A DNA stretch of 47,747 bases. Source: Promethearchaeota archaeon (GTDB lineage Archaea; Asgardarchaeota; Thorarchaeia; Thorarchaeales; Thorarchaeaceae). The notes under the pieces are model-generated. The model saw nothing but the letters and a program-made list of their open reading frames with translations, made no database searches and was not told the origin of the DNA. The position numbers and the translations under genes are program-made. Shown one piece after another: positions 37,093 through 46,636 of the stretch. The stretch's first letter is position 1. Every line of letters begins with the position of its first letter. The stretch is taken from assembly GCA_048939765.1 (NCBI GenBank), contig JBHLPF010000029.1, positions 1 to 47,747 on the forward strand, given 5' to 3'.

Positions 37093-37580
37093 CTGAGGAA
37101 ATGGAGCCAATCGCGAAGGCTTTGCTAGACCAGTACATGTCAGTATGGAAAATGCTGCAGAACGCTATCACGGAAGCTTCTGATGAGAGATGGCATGACG
37201 GAGTGGGTCAATGGCATTTCTCACAGATTGCTTACCATATCATCGAAACAGCAGAGTTCTATCTTGGCAGTGATCCTGATGTGATGCAATGGGGTGCCCG
37301 TGCTGGTGTAGTCTGGGATGATGTCGATGACATACAGAAGGAATTTCTTCCTAGACTGACCAAGGAACTAGTCAATTCATATCTGCAAGAGATTGGGAAA
37401 AAGTGGGCTGATACTCTGAAATCAACTTCTGATTCCAAGCTTCTTGAAACAGATGGGTTTCATTGGTTCAGTTCCATACTTGACAAACTCATCTACCTCT
37501 TGAGGCATACCAACTACCATGTTGGCGAACTCAACCGGGCTCTCAGGGAGTGGGGTCTAGCACCTGCTAGATGGGAGTAA
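37089..37580 (+). CDS. DinB/YfiT family protein
   Basis: AYH and RH..YH.GE His triad; overlaps the VOC stop. Confidence 0.85.
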   Translation: MTEEMEPIAKALLDQYMSVWKMLQNAITEASDERWHDGVGQWHFSQIAYHIIETAEFYLGSDPDVMQWGARAGVVWDDVDDIQKEFLPRLTKELVNSYLQEIGKKWADTLKSTSDSKLLETDGFHWFSSILDKLIYLLRHTNYHVGELNRALREWGLAPARWE

Positions 37581-37682
37581 GTATATCAATAATCGCCATC
37601 ACCACAATGTTCCTACTCAGTCTTCACCGGTTCAATAGTGTGCGGACTCGGACACGTGTAGGAAGGGCATGTGATCGTTCGA

Positions 37683-37886
37683 TTACTGTACTTGCTCATA
37701 CCTTTTGCTAGAAAGATATGCCAAGAACACAATAAACACATCTCCGACAAGTCCTACTACTAGAGCCGCACCTCCAGTGAGAGTTAAGAAGAAATCTCCG
37801 GACGCCTGAAACAGTACATAGTAGCCTATCACTTGGAGGACCACACAGAAGGCAATTGCTATCAGTAGTTTTTTTCTGAATTCCAA
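37683..37886 (-). CDS. Small 2-TM membrane protein
   Basis: Basic N-terminus and two hydrophobic helices. Confidence 0.55.
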   Translation of the reverse strand: MEFRKKLLIAIAFCVVLQVIGYYVLFQASGDFFLTLTGGAALVVGLVGDVFIVFLAYLSSKRYEQVQ

Positions 37887-37928
37887 CCACAGAACGCCTC
37901 AGATTCACATTGTCGACAATCAGTGTCA

Positions 37929-37968
37929 CCATTGATATGTAATTCTTCCTATAATCATCTTAGGAAAG
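37929..37968 (+). repeat. 40-bp duplicated upstream module, copy 1
   Basis: 36/40 identical to 43601-43640. Confidence 0.9.
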
Positions 37969-37982
37969 AGTGTGATTACGAA

Positions 37983-38219
37983 TTGGAAAGAAGTGGATGG
38001 TCAATAATCTTGATCAGTGCAGTCGGATTCCTGATTTGGATTACATTAGCCTTCTTTCTTATGCTATCTGTGCCAGATGCTCATGGAGATCCAGTATGGG
38101 CGTTCTTCCCGTTTATGCTTCCGCTGGTTGGCATAATCACACTGATATTCTTCATAGGATTCATGTTACTGATAGCAGCTCATTTTGAAAAGGGAAAAGT
38201 AGAGCTAATTTACTACTAA
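37983..38219 (+). CDS. Small 2-TM membrane protein
   Basis: Probable TTG start at 37983 downstream of the duplicated promoter module. Confidence 0.55.
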   Translation: MERSGWSIILISAVGFLIWITLAFFLMLSVPDAHGDPVWAFFPFMLPLVGIITLIFFIGFMLLIAAHFEKGKVELIYY

Positions 38220-38239
38220 GGCATGTTTTCTTGCAATCG

Positions 38240-38261
38240 CCCATTCCTAGGCCATAATCCT
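38240..38261 (+). repeat. 22-bp direct repeat, copy 1
   Basis: CCCATTCCTAGGCCATAATCCT; 21/22 identical to 38979-39000. Confidence 0.9.
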
Positions 38262-38422
38262 TTTGCTCATGAATGGCATCGCAGAAGCGCTCTAAGTCAA
38301 GAGAGGGCTCTCCCTTCCCGTTTCTTCAGTCATTGTCACAGTACAATACGCTCACCATGGAATTGGTTATAGCAAACCGCATCACTATGAACACGGCTAA
38401 CTCATCAAATGGAGTAATGCGA

Positions 38423-39070
38423 ATGCAAGACAATTCGGAAACAATAGCTCCGAGTTCAGAGAGAACTACCATCGTTGCGGCGACAATCGCACTGATGCTG
38501 CTTGCTCTATTTGCCCCATACATAGTTGCTTACCAAGAGTTGTCAGAGTCGGTTCGATACTTGGTTGCTGCAGTTTCTTGGTCAATCATCGACCTATCTG
38601 GTGAAACCGCATTGATTCTGCCCCATCCTTATTCGATCCCATTCATCTTTCTGTTTGCATCTCCACGCCTTTTGTTTGTTTTAGCCATTAACAGATTCAT
38701 GCGAAAAAGGAATCAACCCGGAGAATTCCTTCTTGCCTCAGCAATACTCGTCTTTCAACTATTAGCACCATGTCTATTCTTCTACTTCAATCCATTCTAC
38801 ATTGAATTGCCCGGAGGGCCACTTGTAACACGACCTGCACCGCCTGTAGGTTCGCTCATTTGTATTCCAGCTCCGATTCTGCTGTGTGTTGGTCTAATGG
38901 TCCTTGGCTTGTGGAAAACTCAATGGCCCGCCCTGGAACCCGAATCCTCCAACGAGCAGGCAATTCAACCCACAACCTCCCATTCCAAGGCCATAATCCT
39001 CTTTTTCGAACTTCCTACTGTAATGGCAGTCAAATTGAGTTTCACTGCGGATTTGGGGTGTTCGATATAG
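38423..39070 (+). CDS. 4-TM membrane protein, paralog 1
   Basis: ALFAP, PRLLF...I.RF and IPAP motifs shared with the ORFs at 43649 and 46637. Confidence 0.7.
   Translation: MQDNSETIAPSSERTTIVAATIALMLLALFAPYIVAYQELSESVRYLVAAVSWSIIDLSGETALILPHPYSIPFIFLFASPRLLFVLAINRFMRKRNQPGEFLLASAILVFQLLAPCLFFYFNPFYIELPGGPLVTRPAPPVGSLICIPAPILLCVGLMVLGLWKTQWPALEPESSNEQAIQPTTSHSKAIILFFELPTVMAVKLSFTADLGCSI
38979..39000 (+). repeat. 22-bp direct repeat, copy 2
   Basis: CCCATTCCAAGGCCATAATCCT. Confidence 0.9.
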
Positions 39071-39136
39071 ATGGATTCCATTGAAATCCATGAATGTAGG
39101 CTCGACCGAAACGATGCTAAGCCAATCATTGGTGAG

Positions 39137-40321
39137 TCATGCAATTCTGTGTCGTGTGTACTTGCGTAGAATGAGGAAGACAATAGCTGACAGGGTAATA
39201 GCCAAGATTGGAACAGCTATGATATCCATATGACTCTGATAAGTAGCATCATAGATAATATGGGGGTCGACTATTGGTCTATCTCCACTGTATGCATCTC
39301 GATGAACCTCAAATAGCCAACCATCTTCATCTTTGAATTGAAATGCCCAGACAAGCTGAAGTCTGATCAGGTAATGTGTACTCGTAATTAGTCGAAGGCG
39401 TAAGAAGGACCCGAGGCATTCTGATGATGTAACAGAAGAACCTGCAGATGCGTCTCTCAAGATCATAGCATAGACATAATCCGGATTGATTAATCCCTCT
39501 ACTGATATCTGAGGAATCTCAAGCTGTCTATAAGTGAAATCCATAATCTCCCCGGTGATGGCATCAACACGCGCCTCAAGTCCCTGAATCGCCTCATCAG
39601 GCAAGACCTGCCCGGTCGGCGTTCCTACCTTGAACCTGTACCACTCTCCCATTGTTTCATTTGGCCATGTTTCTACCTCAAGAAGCCTCGTGCTTCTTGG
39701 CAGCGTGTACTCATTATCAGCTAGGAACTGAACTAGTCTTGCTTCCACAATAGAACGATTCACTGGACTGCCGTCTGGTTCGATAGGCTCCGGTAGGATT
39801 TCCGAATCGACTTTGCTGTCCCAATGTACATGATACCAGGTTATCCGACCTGTAATCGCGTTCACGCCGGTCACTACCACAAGCCCATCGTAGCCGCCAG
39901 TATCGTCTCGATGGCTTGTGAATCGAAATGTCCACTCAGGAAGATTCGGATTAAACTCAGTCCAGTGAGTATAATTCAAATAATCCCAGTAATGGACTGG
40001 GATGAAATCTCGAGATATGTTGAGGGCTTCGTCTTCGCTTATTACATTGGATGTTTGAGGTATGAAGTTTAAGACATAAGGTCTAAAGCTTTCGAGTACA
40101 TAGCTCCCAGTAAAAACCACTGAATCTGAAACCTCGCTCACCAGCACAGCAAAGGCGGTTTCATTGATGGGCGTTCCTGGTAGCTGGATTTGCAGAGGAG
40201 TCGCACGTGAGGTAAGAAAGATGTAAGTTGGACCAGAGAGCCCAGCTAAAACTGCGAGCAACAAGAGAGATGCAGTCACAACTTTCGAGCGAGCGCTCCT
40301 TGATAAAGCCATATTGAACAC
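39137..40321 (-). CDS. Membrane-anchored extracellular protein with PepSY-like repeats
   Basis: N- and C-terminal TM helices; ISEDEAL.I; VNAITGRI, VDAITGEI and RDAYSGD. Confidence 0.7.
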   Translation of the reverse strand: MFNMALSRSARSKVVTASLLLLAVLAGLSGPTYIFLTSRATPLQIQLPGTPINETAFAVLVSEVSDSVVFTGSYVLESFRPYVLNFIPQTSNVISEDEALNISRDFIPVHYWDYLNYTHWTEFNPNLPEWTFRFTSHRDDTGGYDGLVVVTGVNAITGRITWYHVHWDSKVDSEILPEPIEPDGSPVNRSIVEARLVQFLADNEYTLPRSTRLLEVETWPNETMGEWYRFKVGTPTGQVLPDEAIQGLEARVDAITGEIMDFTYRQLEIPQISVEGLINPDYVYAMILRDASAGSSVTSSECLGSFLRLRLITSTHYLIRLQLVWAFQFKDEDGWLFEVHRDAYSGDRPIVDPHIIYDATYQSHMDIIAVPILAITLSAIVFLILRKYTRHRIA

Positions 40322-40422
40322 TAGTAGAGTCTTGACCTAGGAGAATATGATTCTACGTTTTGAGCTATCAGTCTTCTTTCCGGCTAGCAAAGCCTGAGTG
40401 TAGCTCTATGATTAGAGCTGGT

Positions 40423-40878
40423 CTATCTAAAACCAATGGGCTCAACACGCCACATCATCACCGTTTCAGTCAAGGTGAAGATACAACCTGCGAGCAATGT
40501 CACCAATAGCAGTGTATCAGAAGGATTTAGTCCAAAGCCAAAGAACAACTGATATGCAACAAGTTCTGTAAGAAAGAAGAATAAGTAGAAAACATAACGA
40601 GGGACTACTATCTTTCCTCGCCCAATGAAGAATCTAAGTACACCCACTTTGACACTTCTGGCTACTTCATACCCTCCATCCGGATGCATGAACACAAGTT
40701 CAAGGTCCTTGAGCTTGTTCAGGTGGTATAAAGCTAGGCTTGGACTCGAAAGGTGTGACTTTCGCTGAACTTCTCTGAGGCTCATCTCTCGCCGTTCTTT
40801 GAGCATAGCGTAATACACCTTCAAGGTCGTTTCCCCGAGCTCCGATCCCAAATCTTCCTTTCGTTCAAGGTTTGACAT
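40423..40878 (-). CDS. Winged-helix transcription regulator with two C-terminal TM helices
   Basis: TLKVY..ML, REVQR...LSSPSLA.YHL.KL..LELV and G.Y; PRY followed by two hydrophobic helices. Confidence 0.85.
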   Translation of the reverse strand: MSNLERKEDLGSELGETTLKVYYAMLKERREMSLREVQRKSHLSSPSLALYHLNKLKDLELVFMHPDGGYEVARSVKVGVLRFFIGRGKIVVPRYVFYLFFFLTELVAYQLFFGFGLNPSDTLLLVTLLAGCIFTLTETVMMWRVEPIGFR

Positions 40879-41292
40879 GAAAACTCCACACGCCTATCTA
40901 TTAATAGAGGTGAAGTTGGTTAAGTATTTGCCAATCCTGCAGCCTTCCTCAGCTGTCCAATAGCACTTTTCATCGTATATAGTAGTAGAAAAATGTCAGC
41001 CAGGCAATCCCAAGAGAGATCAGCGAGAACGCATTCATCTATGCAGGAACGACGTCCAATCCACTAGTCCCACTTGGATAGGTCGCGCTCACAATTCCAC
41101 CTGACGAGGCGTTTTATTCTCGTACAAGAAAGAGAGGCATGATATAGACTATGAATATGATGGACTGTAGAATTCGCCCTAGTCTGATATTCATTATTCG
41201 ACTAATCCTAGACAAAGAAGAGTAGCACAGCTCAGGGAAGTCCAGATAAGGGATAAAGTCAATATTGAAGCTGGAATTGGATAGCTTCTCTG

Positions 41293-42966
41293 TTGGAGGT
41301 GGGATATCTGACTCGCCATTGGCTGGCCATAGCAAAAGCCGAGTTCCTCGTATGGAGCTCTAGAGGCAAAGGCAAGAGAGCCATAATTATGTCTTTCATT
41401 CTTCTCTTCGGCATCTTCTGGGCATTTTATCTTGTACCCGAGATATGGCGGCTTGTCATTGGAGAGAATCTCTTTGTCTACTCATTTCTAATGGTAGCAC
41501 TTCCTGGGCTCATGCGGATGGCGATGCTGCTTTTGTGGATGCTCATATTTGTATACCCAATCCTCTATGCTCTCCAGGAGATTAGAATAGGTCAATGGGA
41601 GATAATCCTTAGCTGCAATGTGTCCACGAAATCTTTGCTTGTGGGAACATTCGTTGGCAAGATTCCCAGTTATGGCCTCATGGTGCTGTTCCTGGCGCCT
41701 GTGCTGTTGTCACCATTTGTCTTGGCCTATGAAGTGACTCTTCTTGGACAACTGATAATGCTTGGAGCAATGCTTCTGACTGTACTGTCAACCCTGTGGA
41801 TATCCAATCTTGTATCCCTGGCTATTCAGGCGAAGATTGGTGAATCGCCGCGCGGAGCTGATTTGGCAAAAGCACTATCAATGGTCATCGGACTGATTGT
41901 TGGCTTGCCGCTCTATGGAATGATGTTCTACGCGGAGCCTGTTTCAGAGTTGTTAGGTATGAGCGTGTTCCAATTGTTCCCATTCACATGGGGTGCTGAC
42001 ATGACATCCTGGGGCGCCCTTCTGTTCAGTCCTGTTGTGACATCTGAGATGCTGGACCTTTTCGTTTCAGTGCTCGGCCTTGACATTATAGCTGACACGG
42101 TCTTGCTGTTTCTTTTCGCACTAATCACTGTGGTTGTCGCATTCCGAGCTGCAGATAGGGTGTTTACATTCCAACTTGGAGAACGTACTGAGGTCATTAC
42201 TACAGTCATCCGAGAGAATACAGTTCTCAGGGGAATACGAAGATTGAGCCCTGGACCTTTTGGTGTCCTTGTCATCACTAGTCTCAAAGATTTCTTCAGA
42301 AAAGCCGAGAATCTGTCAAGGCTTGCCTACGGTGTCATGATGGCAGTGCTCATGCCGCTCATCATCACTATGAATCCCTCAGGTTATCCCGGGGATGACC
42401 CATTCTTCCAAGTCTTCATGCCAATGTTCATGATGTCCTATATGCTCATGATCATTGTGGCCTTGACCTTTGGTGGAACAGGTTTCATTGAGAGCAAGGA
42501 TCATCTCTGGGTGATAAAAAGCGCTCCCTATGGATCAAAGAAGTTCATAATGGGACGACTCGTCAGCTACCTTATCTCAGGAATTCCAATGGCGCTGATA
42601 CCTTCGATTGTAGTTGTCTTGATCATCAGGGTCGAACCGATATTCGTCTTGGGATTGTTCCTCTACAGCTATGTTCTACTCACGTGTACGGTGATGGTTT
42701 CTGTTGGTGTCATGGCAATCAATCCAAATTATGAAACTACAAGGTCTCGTGCCTTCGCCCTGAACGCAGCCATTATTGGAATCATTGTCTTTGGCACGAC
42801 GTTCCTTTCGATCATTGTTGGAGTTGTCTACCTAGGGGAACAGCTATTGTCTAGTCCATTCGGTTTGGTGGGAGGCATTGTATTGTTGACAGTCTTCCCT
42901 CTTGTTTTGATGGGACTCACAATGACATTGATTGGTATCAAAGTCTTGGCACGGCCCGAACGATAG
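41293..42966 (+). CDS. ABC-exporter permease-like membrane protein (duplicated halves)
   Basis: About 14 TM helices; E.ILS..V....L..G and E....LW.IKSAP......I.G motifs. Confidence 0.7.
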   Translation: MEVGYLTRHWLAIAKAEFLVWSSRGKGKRAIIMSFILLFGIFWAFYLVPEIWRLVIGENLFVYSFLMVALPGLMRMAMLLLWMLIFVYPILYALQEIRIGQWEIILSCNVSTKSLLVGTFVGKIPSYGLMVLFLAPVLLSPFVLAYEVTLLGQLIMLGAMLLTVLSTLWISNLVSLAIQAKIGESPRGADLAKALSMVIGLIVGLPLYGMMFYAEPVSELLGMSVFQLFPFTWGADMTSWGALLFSPVVTSEMLDLFVSVLGLDIIADTVLLFLFALITVVVAFRAADRVFTFQLGERTEVITTVIRENTVLRGIRRLSPGPFGVLVITSLKDFFRKAENLSRLAYGVMMAVLMPLIITMNPSGYPGDDPFFQVFMPMFMMSYMLMIIVALTFGGTGFIESKDHLWVIKSAPYGSKKFIMGRLVSYLISGIPMALIPSIVVVLIIRVEPIFVLGLFLYSYVLLTCTVMVSVGVMAINPNYETTRSRAFALNAAIIGIIVFGTTFLSIIVGVVYLGEQLLSSPFGLVGGIVLLTVFPLVLMGLTMTLIGIKVLARPER

Positions 42967-43104
42967 GACCAATCTCATCTCACCCGTTGACGATGCTTGA
43001 AACAATGAGTCTGCAGTTTGAGAATCCTTCATGGAATTTGACGAGGAGAGGCATCCCATCCTATCCAGAGAACAGACCGCAACTGACAAGAATCTTCAGA
43101 CCTA

Positions 43105-43470
43105 GTGTTATTGGGTACAGAAGTGTTAGAGAGAATTAAGGCGAGATTTCAAGACCTCCTCCACTACATTCGAACCAGAGATAAGCAGTACTGGCTCTAT
43201 AGAATTGCTGGACCTACACGCTTCGCGTTCGCTGGAAATTTTATATTGCTCCTCATAATCGCCAACATCGATATAATTCCTCCAGAGATGGGGCCTCCCT
43301 TCGTAATTGCTTGGTTTGTGGTTCAGGTGATCCTTGCTGCCATTTCTATGGGGGCACAACTAATGACTTTCAACAAGACCGGTAGGGTAGTTTTTGGAGT
43401 CTTGATGACTCTTCTCCTCCTAGCAAGCGTTGTAGTAATCGTGTATCTTCTACTCAGCTCAATCTTCTAG
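43105..43470 (+). CDS. Small 3-TM membrane protein
   Basis: Hydrophobic ORF of 121 aa. Confidence 0.6.
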   Translation: MLLGTEVLERIKARFQDLLHYIRTRDKQYWLYRIAGPTRFAFAGNFILLLIIANIDIIPPEMGPPFVIAWFVVQVILAAISMGAQLMTFNKTGRVVFGVLMTLLLLASVVVIVYLLLSSIF

Positions 43471-43541
43471 ATGTCTTTGGGTTTATTCCCGCACAATCTC
43501 TGCAATTCTCGGTGTGTCATCAGATGTAGAAGGTATGCGCT

Positions 43542-43586
43542 GCGCGAGCGCGTGACAGATCCAAGAGCGGCCACATTCTTCATTTT
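43542..43586. repeat. ~45-bp intergenic repeat, copy 1
   Basis: GCGCGAGCGCGTGACAGATCCAAGAGCGGCCACATTCTTCATTTT. Confidence 0.85.
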
Positions 43587-43600
43587 ATAGAAAACCTGCG

Positions 43601-43640
43601 CCATTGATATGCAATTCTTCCCATAATCAACTTAGTAAAG
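43601..43640 (+). repeat. 40-bp duplicated upstream module, copy 2
   Basis: CCATTGATATGCAATTCTTCCCATAATCAACTTAGTAAAG. Confidence 0.9.
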
Positions 43641-43648
43641 GTCGATCA

Positions 43649-44164
43649 ATGATGAAAAAGGCTACTGGTGCTAAGAGGATCTCGCCTCTGACTGTAGCTG
43701 CTATCACAGGAATAGTCGCCCTCTTCGGACCTGTTTTTATTGTGTTCTATTCAGCTGAGAATTTCACAGTTGCCGCTATGGCTTGGATATTTTTCTCCGG
43801 CTCCATGGGTGTGTTTGGAAACTTCATATTCGACATCAATAGCCTAATTGCCTCCCTGCCTTTCACATTCCTCCGTATTGTGTTTGTATGGATGATCTAT
43901 CGCCTTTACCGTGGTAAGACCTCCATCAGGAGAGTAGCAGTCACTGCAATTGCCACTGAGCTACAGGTTCCTGCAATCTTCCTAGTTCAATTCTTGGCTA
44001 TATCTCCAATCTATGGGGGATGGCCTTCATTGCCTCTACCTATTCCAATACCCCTTCTTGCTCTCGTGGGACTCTTACTAATAAAAATCGCCCCGCCTCC
44101 CGAAGATGAGCTCTGGATTGAAAAAGAGCAGACGGAGTATTGGTGGGAAGAAGCGAGTGAATGA
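43649..44164 (+). CDS. 4-TM membrane protein, paralog 2
   Basis: ALFGP, LRIVF..MIYRLY.GKT, ATEL, IPIP and a Trp/acidic tail. Confidence 0.75.
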   Translation: MMKKATGAKRISPLTVAAITGIVALFGPVFIVFYSAENFTVAAMAWIFFSGSMGVFGNFIFDINSLIASLPFTFLRIVFVWMIYRLYRGKTSIRRVAVTAIATELQVPAIFLVQFLAISPIYGGWPSLPLPIPIPLLALVGLLLIKIAPPPEDELWIEKEQTEYWWEEASE

Positions 44165-44277
44165 ACAACAGTGATGCCTATGAGGATAGCCCTGCTATCT
44201 TGGACAGTCTGCTAATTTGAAACGTTGACCATCGAGAAAGCCAACCCAGATAAACTGGACGAATAACTCGTCAAATA

Positions 44278-44316
44278 GCATACTATGTAACACGATATAG
44301 TATGCAAAACGATATA
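44278..44316 (+). promoter_or_regulatory. Putative PadR operator overlapping the promoter
   Basis: Inverted repeat GCATACTAT-N10-ATAGTATGC (44278-44305) and direct repeat TATGYAAMACGATATA (44284, 44301). Confidence 0.6.
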
Positions 44317-44374
44317 TAGGTTTTAGCCTTCTTCTCATTGGACCGAGGGATGTAATCACTCTGGAGGCAATGTC

Positions 44375-44749
44375 ATGTCAGAAGACTCAACAATTGGAAG
44401 CCCAGAAATGGAGTACGAGAAATGGTCCGTACAGATTAGGCGCGGCGCTCTCTCACTGGCTATCCTGGCAATCATCCTAGATGGCGAGTCTTATGGCTAT
44501 GACATAATGAAGAAGCTTGGACAGGAGGAATATGCAGCGCTTCAGGTTGAACCAAGCACAACCTATCCCCTTCTTCGAAGACTAGAAGCAAGAGGGATTC
44601 TTGAGGGCAAATGGTCAGACGCATCAGGCAAGAGGCGGCGACTTTACTATGTCACAAGAGAAGGCCGAATGATTCTGCGCCAGATGGTCAATTCGTGGCG
44701 AAGCCTGAATGATCAACTCATGCATCTAGTAAAGGAGGCTGGTCTTTAA
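44375..44749 (+). CDS. PadR family transcription regulator
   Basis: RRG.L.LAIL, YGYDI, T.YPLL.RLE..G and RR.YY.T..G. Confidence 0.93.
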   Translation: MSEDSTIGSPEMEYEKWSVQIRRGALSLAILAIILDGESYGYDIMKKLGQEEYAALQVEPSTTYPLLRRLEARGILEGKWSDASGKRRRLYYVTREGRMILRQMVNSWRSLNDQLMHLVKEAGL

Positions 44750-46491
44750 TGAGCGATGATCCTCTCATGACTATCGAGGCATATTTAGGCCATGTGAGAG
44801 AGCATCTGCCTGAGTCGATGGCAGAGGAGGTAATCACGGAACTCCGTGGTTATATGATTGAGATGGCCGAAGACCTTGGAGATGGCGCCGTTACTAGCGT
44901 ATCAGCCAAGAAAGTCGTAGCACGATTTGGAGCCCCATCAGAGGTAGCACGAGAATATGCTCTATCTACCTCTGACTTGACAGAGAGTGTCATTGCAGTG
45001 CACCGTGATCAGCAGCTAGCGGATGATATGCAGCAACAACGAAGAGAGCTTTCTCCAGCCAGCTATGCGGCGACATTCTTCAAATTCATCGTAATCGCTG
45101 TTCTTTGGCTTGTCATAAGCTGGACTGTTATTACTCCTTTTGCGTATTGGTGGGCATCTACAGTTTCAATCATTACACCAGTTGTCCAGCTTGGAGTTTT
45201 GGCGACTGTCTTTGCAGTTATTCTGCTAGCACCAAAGCTGAGAGGAGTGAAGCTAAGAACTGCGATGTTTTCAAACTGGTCCAGTTTCCAGAAGATTGTC
45301 ACGTTCCCCGAGAATCTTGCAATTGAGGTCTATAGTACCAAAGTCCTAGTAGACATTGGTCTAACAATACTGGCAGTATTTGCTTTTGTTGTACAAAGCG
45401 GTTTTAGCTTTCCATTCTTTGCGATTTTCTTCTCAGCTCCTACAATACTATTCCTAATCTTACATTTGGCTTACGCAGTCCGCAGGTTTGGGAATTCTGA
45501 CCCAATCTCATTCATCAGGCGCGAATATGCCGTGAATATCGCCCTCTTGTTATTGCTCAATGTAGTGATTGCATGGGGCACATATCCATGGGGTGTTTCC
45601 CCAATGAATCCATTCCTCGTTTTGTATTCATTTTGGTATAGCACGCTCATTCTATATCAAATTGTTATACGAGCGCAGGACCTTTGGTGGGAGCGTGTAA
45701 GGGGTCCCGATGATTCTTCCACAAAAGCACCACAACTATCTCCAGATGAAAAGCAGAATGTATTGAGCGAGGTAAAATGGGCATCTTTGAGGACTGTTGG
45801 TGGCATATCAGCTACATTCATTGGAATCTTACTTGGGGGGTTCTCAATTCTTGTTCTTGCCAATAGTGGAATTCCAAGCAGTTTCTGGTATACTCATTGG
45901 ATGATTATTGTGATTATGGTTTCATTCTTCGGAGTAGTTTCGGTGACATTAGCATCAGTCTATTTTGCAACTAGGTATTTTCTAGTCAAGTCAGGAAGGC
46001 GTACAGAAGTCTTTGGAAAACGATCAAGGACTGAGGCTGCCATCGATTCGATTATCACAGTGACAGGATTCTTCCTAGTTGTCTTGAGCTGGCCGCTCTT
46101 AGCGGGAGATCTAATTGATGGTGTGCTTGACCTAATTCCTAGCCTTTGGGCTTATCCTCTGCCCTTGTTGGTGACCGCTGGAGCAATTTCAACATGGCCT
46201 TTATGCTTGCTCATTGCAATAGTCGCCCGCATAGCTGCAGATTTTAGAGATTTGAAGGAAGAAGATAGTGACTTCGCCTTAGAATCCATGGATTTCTCTG
46301 GCAATTTATTTGCAGTCCAAGCAGCTTTCATGACAGGAATCTTCCTTTCTCTATTGGGCTCCTTGGAACCATATGCGATAATCTTGAACGAGATGTTCGT
46401 GATCATTGTGTTTTCTTATGCAGCCATGGTCCTCTTTGCATTTCAGAAATCTACATCCCGAACCAAACTGAAATGGAGGAGGGGATTATAG
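44749..46491 (+). CDS. HAAS-like N-terminal domain + multi-TM membrane protein
   Basis: IE.YL..V...LP, E...EL and FG.P.EVA.EY; translationally coupled to padR (TAATG). Confidence 0.8.
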   Translation: MSDDPLMTIEAYLGHVREHLPESMAEEVITELRGYMIEMAEDLGDGAVTSVSAKKVVARFGAPSEVAREYALSTSDLTESVIAVHRDQQLADDMQQQRRELSPASYAATFFKFIVIAVLWLVISWTVITPFAYWWASTVSIITPVVQLGVLATVFAVILLAPKLRGVKLRTAMFSNWSSFQKIVTFPENLAIEVYSTKVLVDIGLTILAVFAFVVQSGFSFPFFAIFFSAPTILFLILHLAYAVRRFGNSDPISFIRREYAVNIALLLLLNVVIAWGTYPWGVSPMNPFLVLYSFWYSTLILYQIVIRAQDLWWERVRGPDDSSTKAPQLSPDEKQNVLSEVKWASLRTVGGISATFIGILLGGFSILVLANSGIPSSFWYTHWMIIVIMVSFFGVVSVTLASVYFATRYFLVKSGRRTEVFGKRSRTEAAIDSIITVTGFFLVVLSWPLLAGDLIDGVLDLIPSLWAYPLPLLVTAGAISTWPLCLLIAIVARIAADFRDLKEEDSDFALESMDFSGNLFAVQAAFMTGIFLSLLGSLEPYAIILNEMFVIIVFSYAAMVLFAFQKSTSRTKLKWRRGL

Positions 46492-46494
46492 CAT

Positions 46495-46538
46495 CGCGAG
46501 AGTGTGACAGGCCCGTAAGCCGGCACATTCATCATCTT
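46495..46538. repeat. ~45-bp intergenic repeat, copy 2
   Basis: CGCGAGAGTGTGACAGGCCCGTAAGCCGGCACATTCATCATCTT. Confidence 0.85.
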
Positions 46539-46636
46539 AATTGGATCACTCTCATTGAGAATCAAGCCACACAATTGGCGGCTTCCAGCAGGTCATCCAA
46601 TATGCTTACTGCATGGAAAAAGGAGAAGTGCTCAAG

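Noticed and set aside
41114-41335. 73-aa minus-strand ORF
   Set aside because: It overlaps the permease start and has no motif or convincing translation signal.
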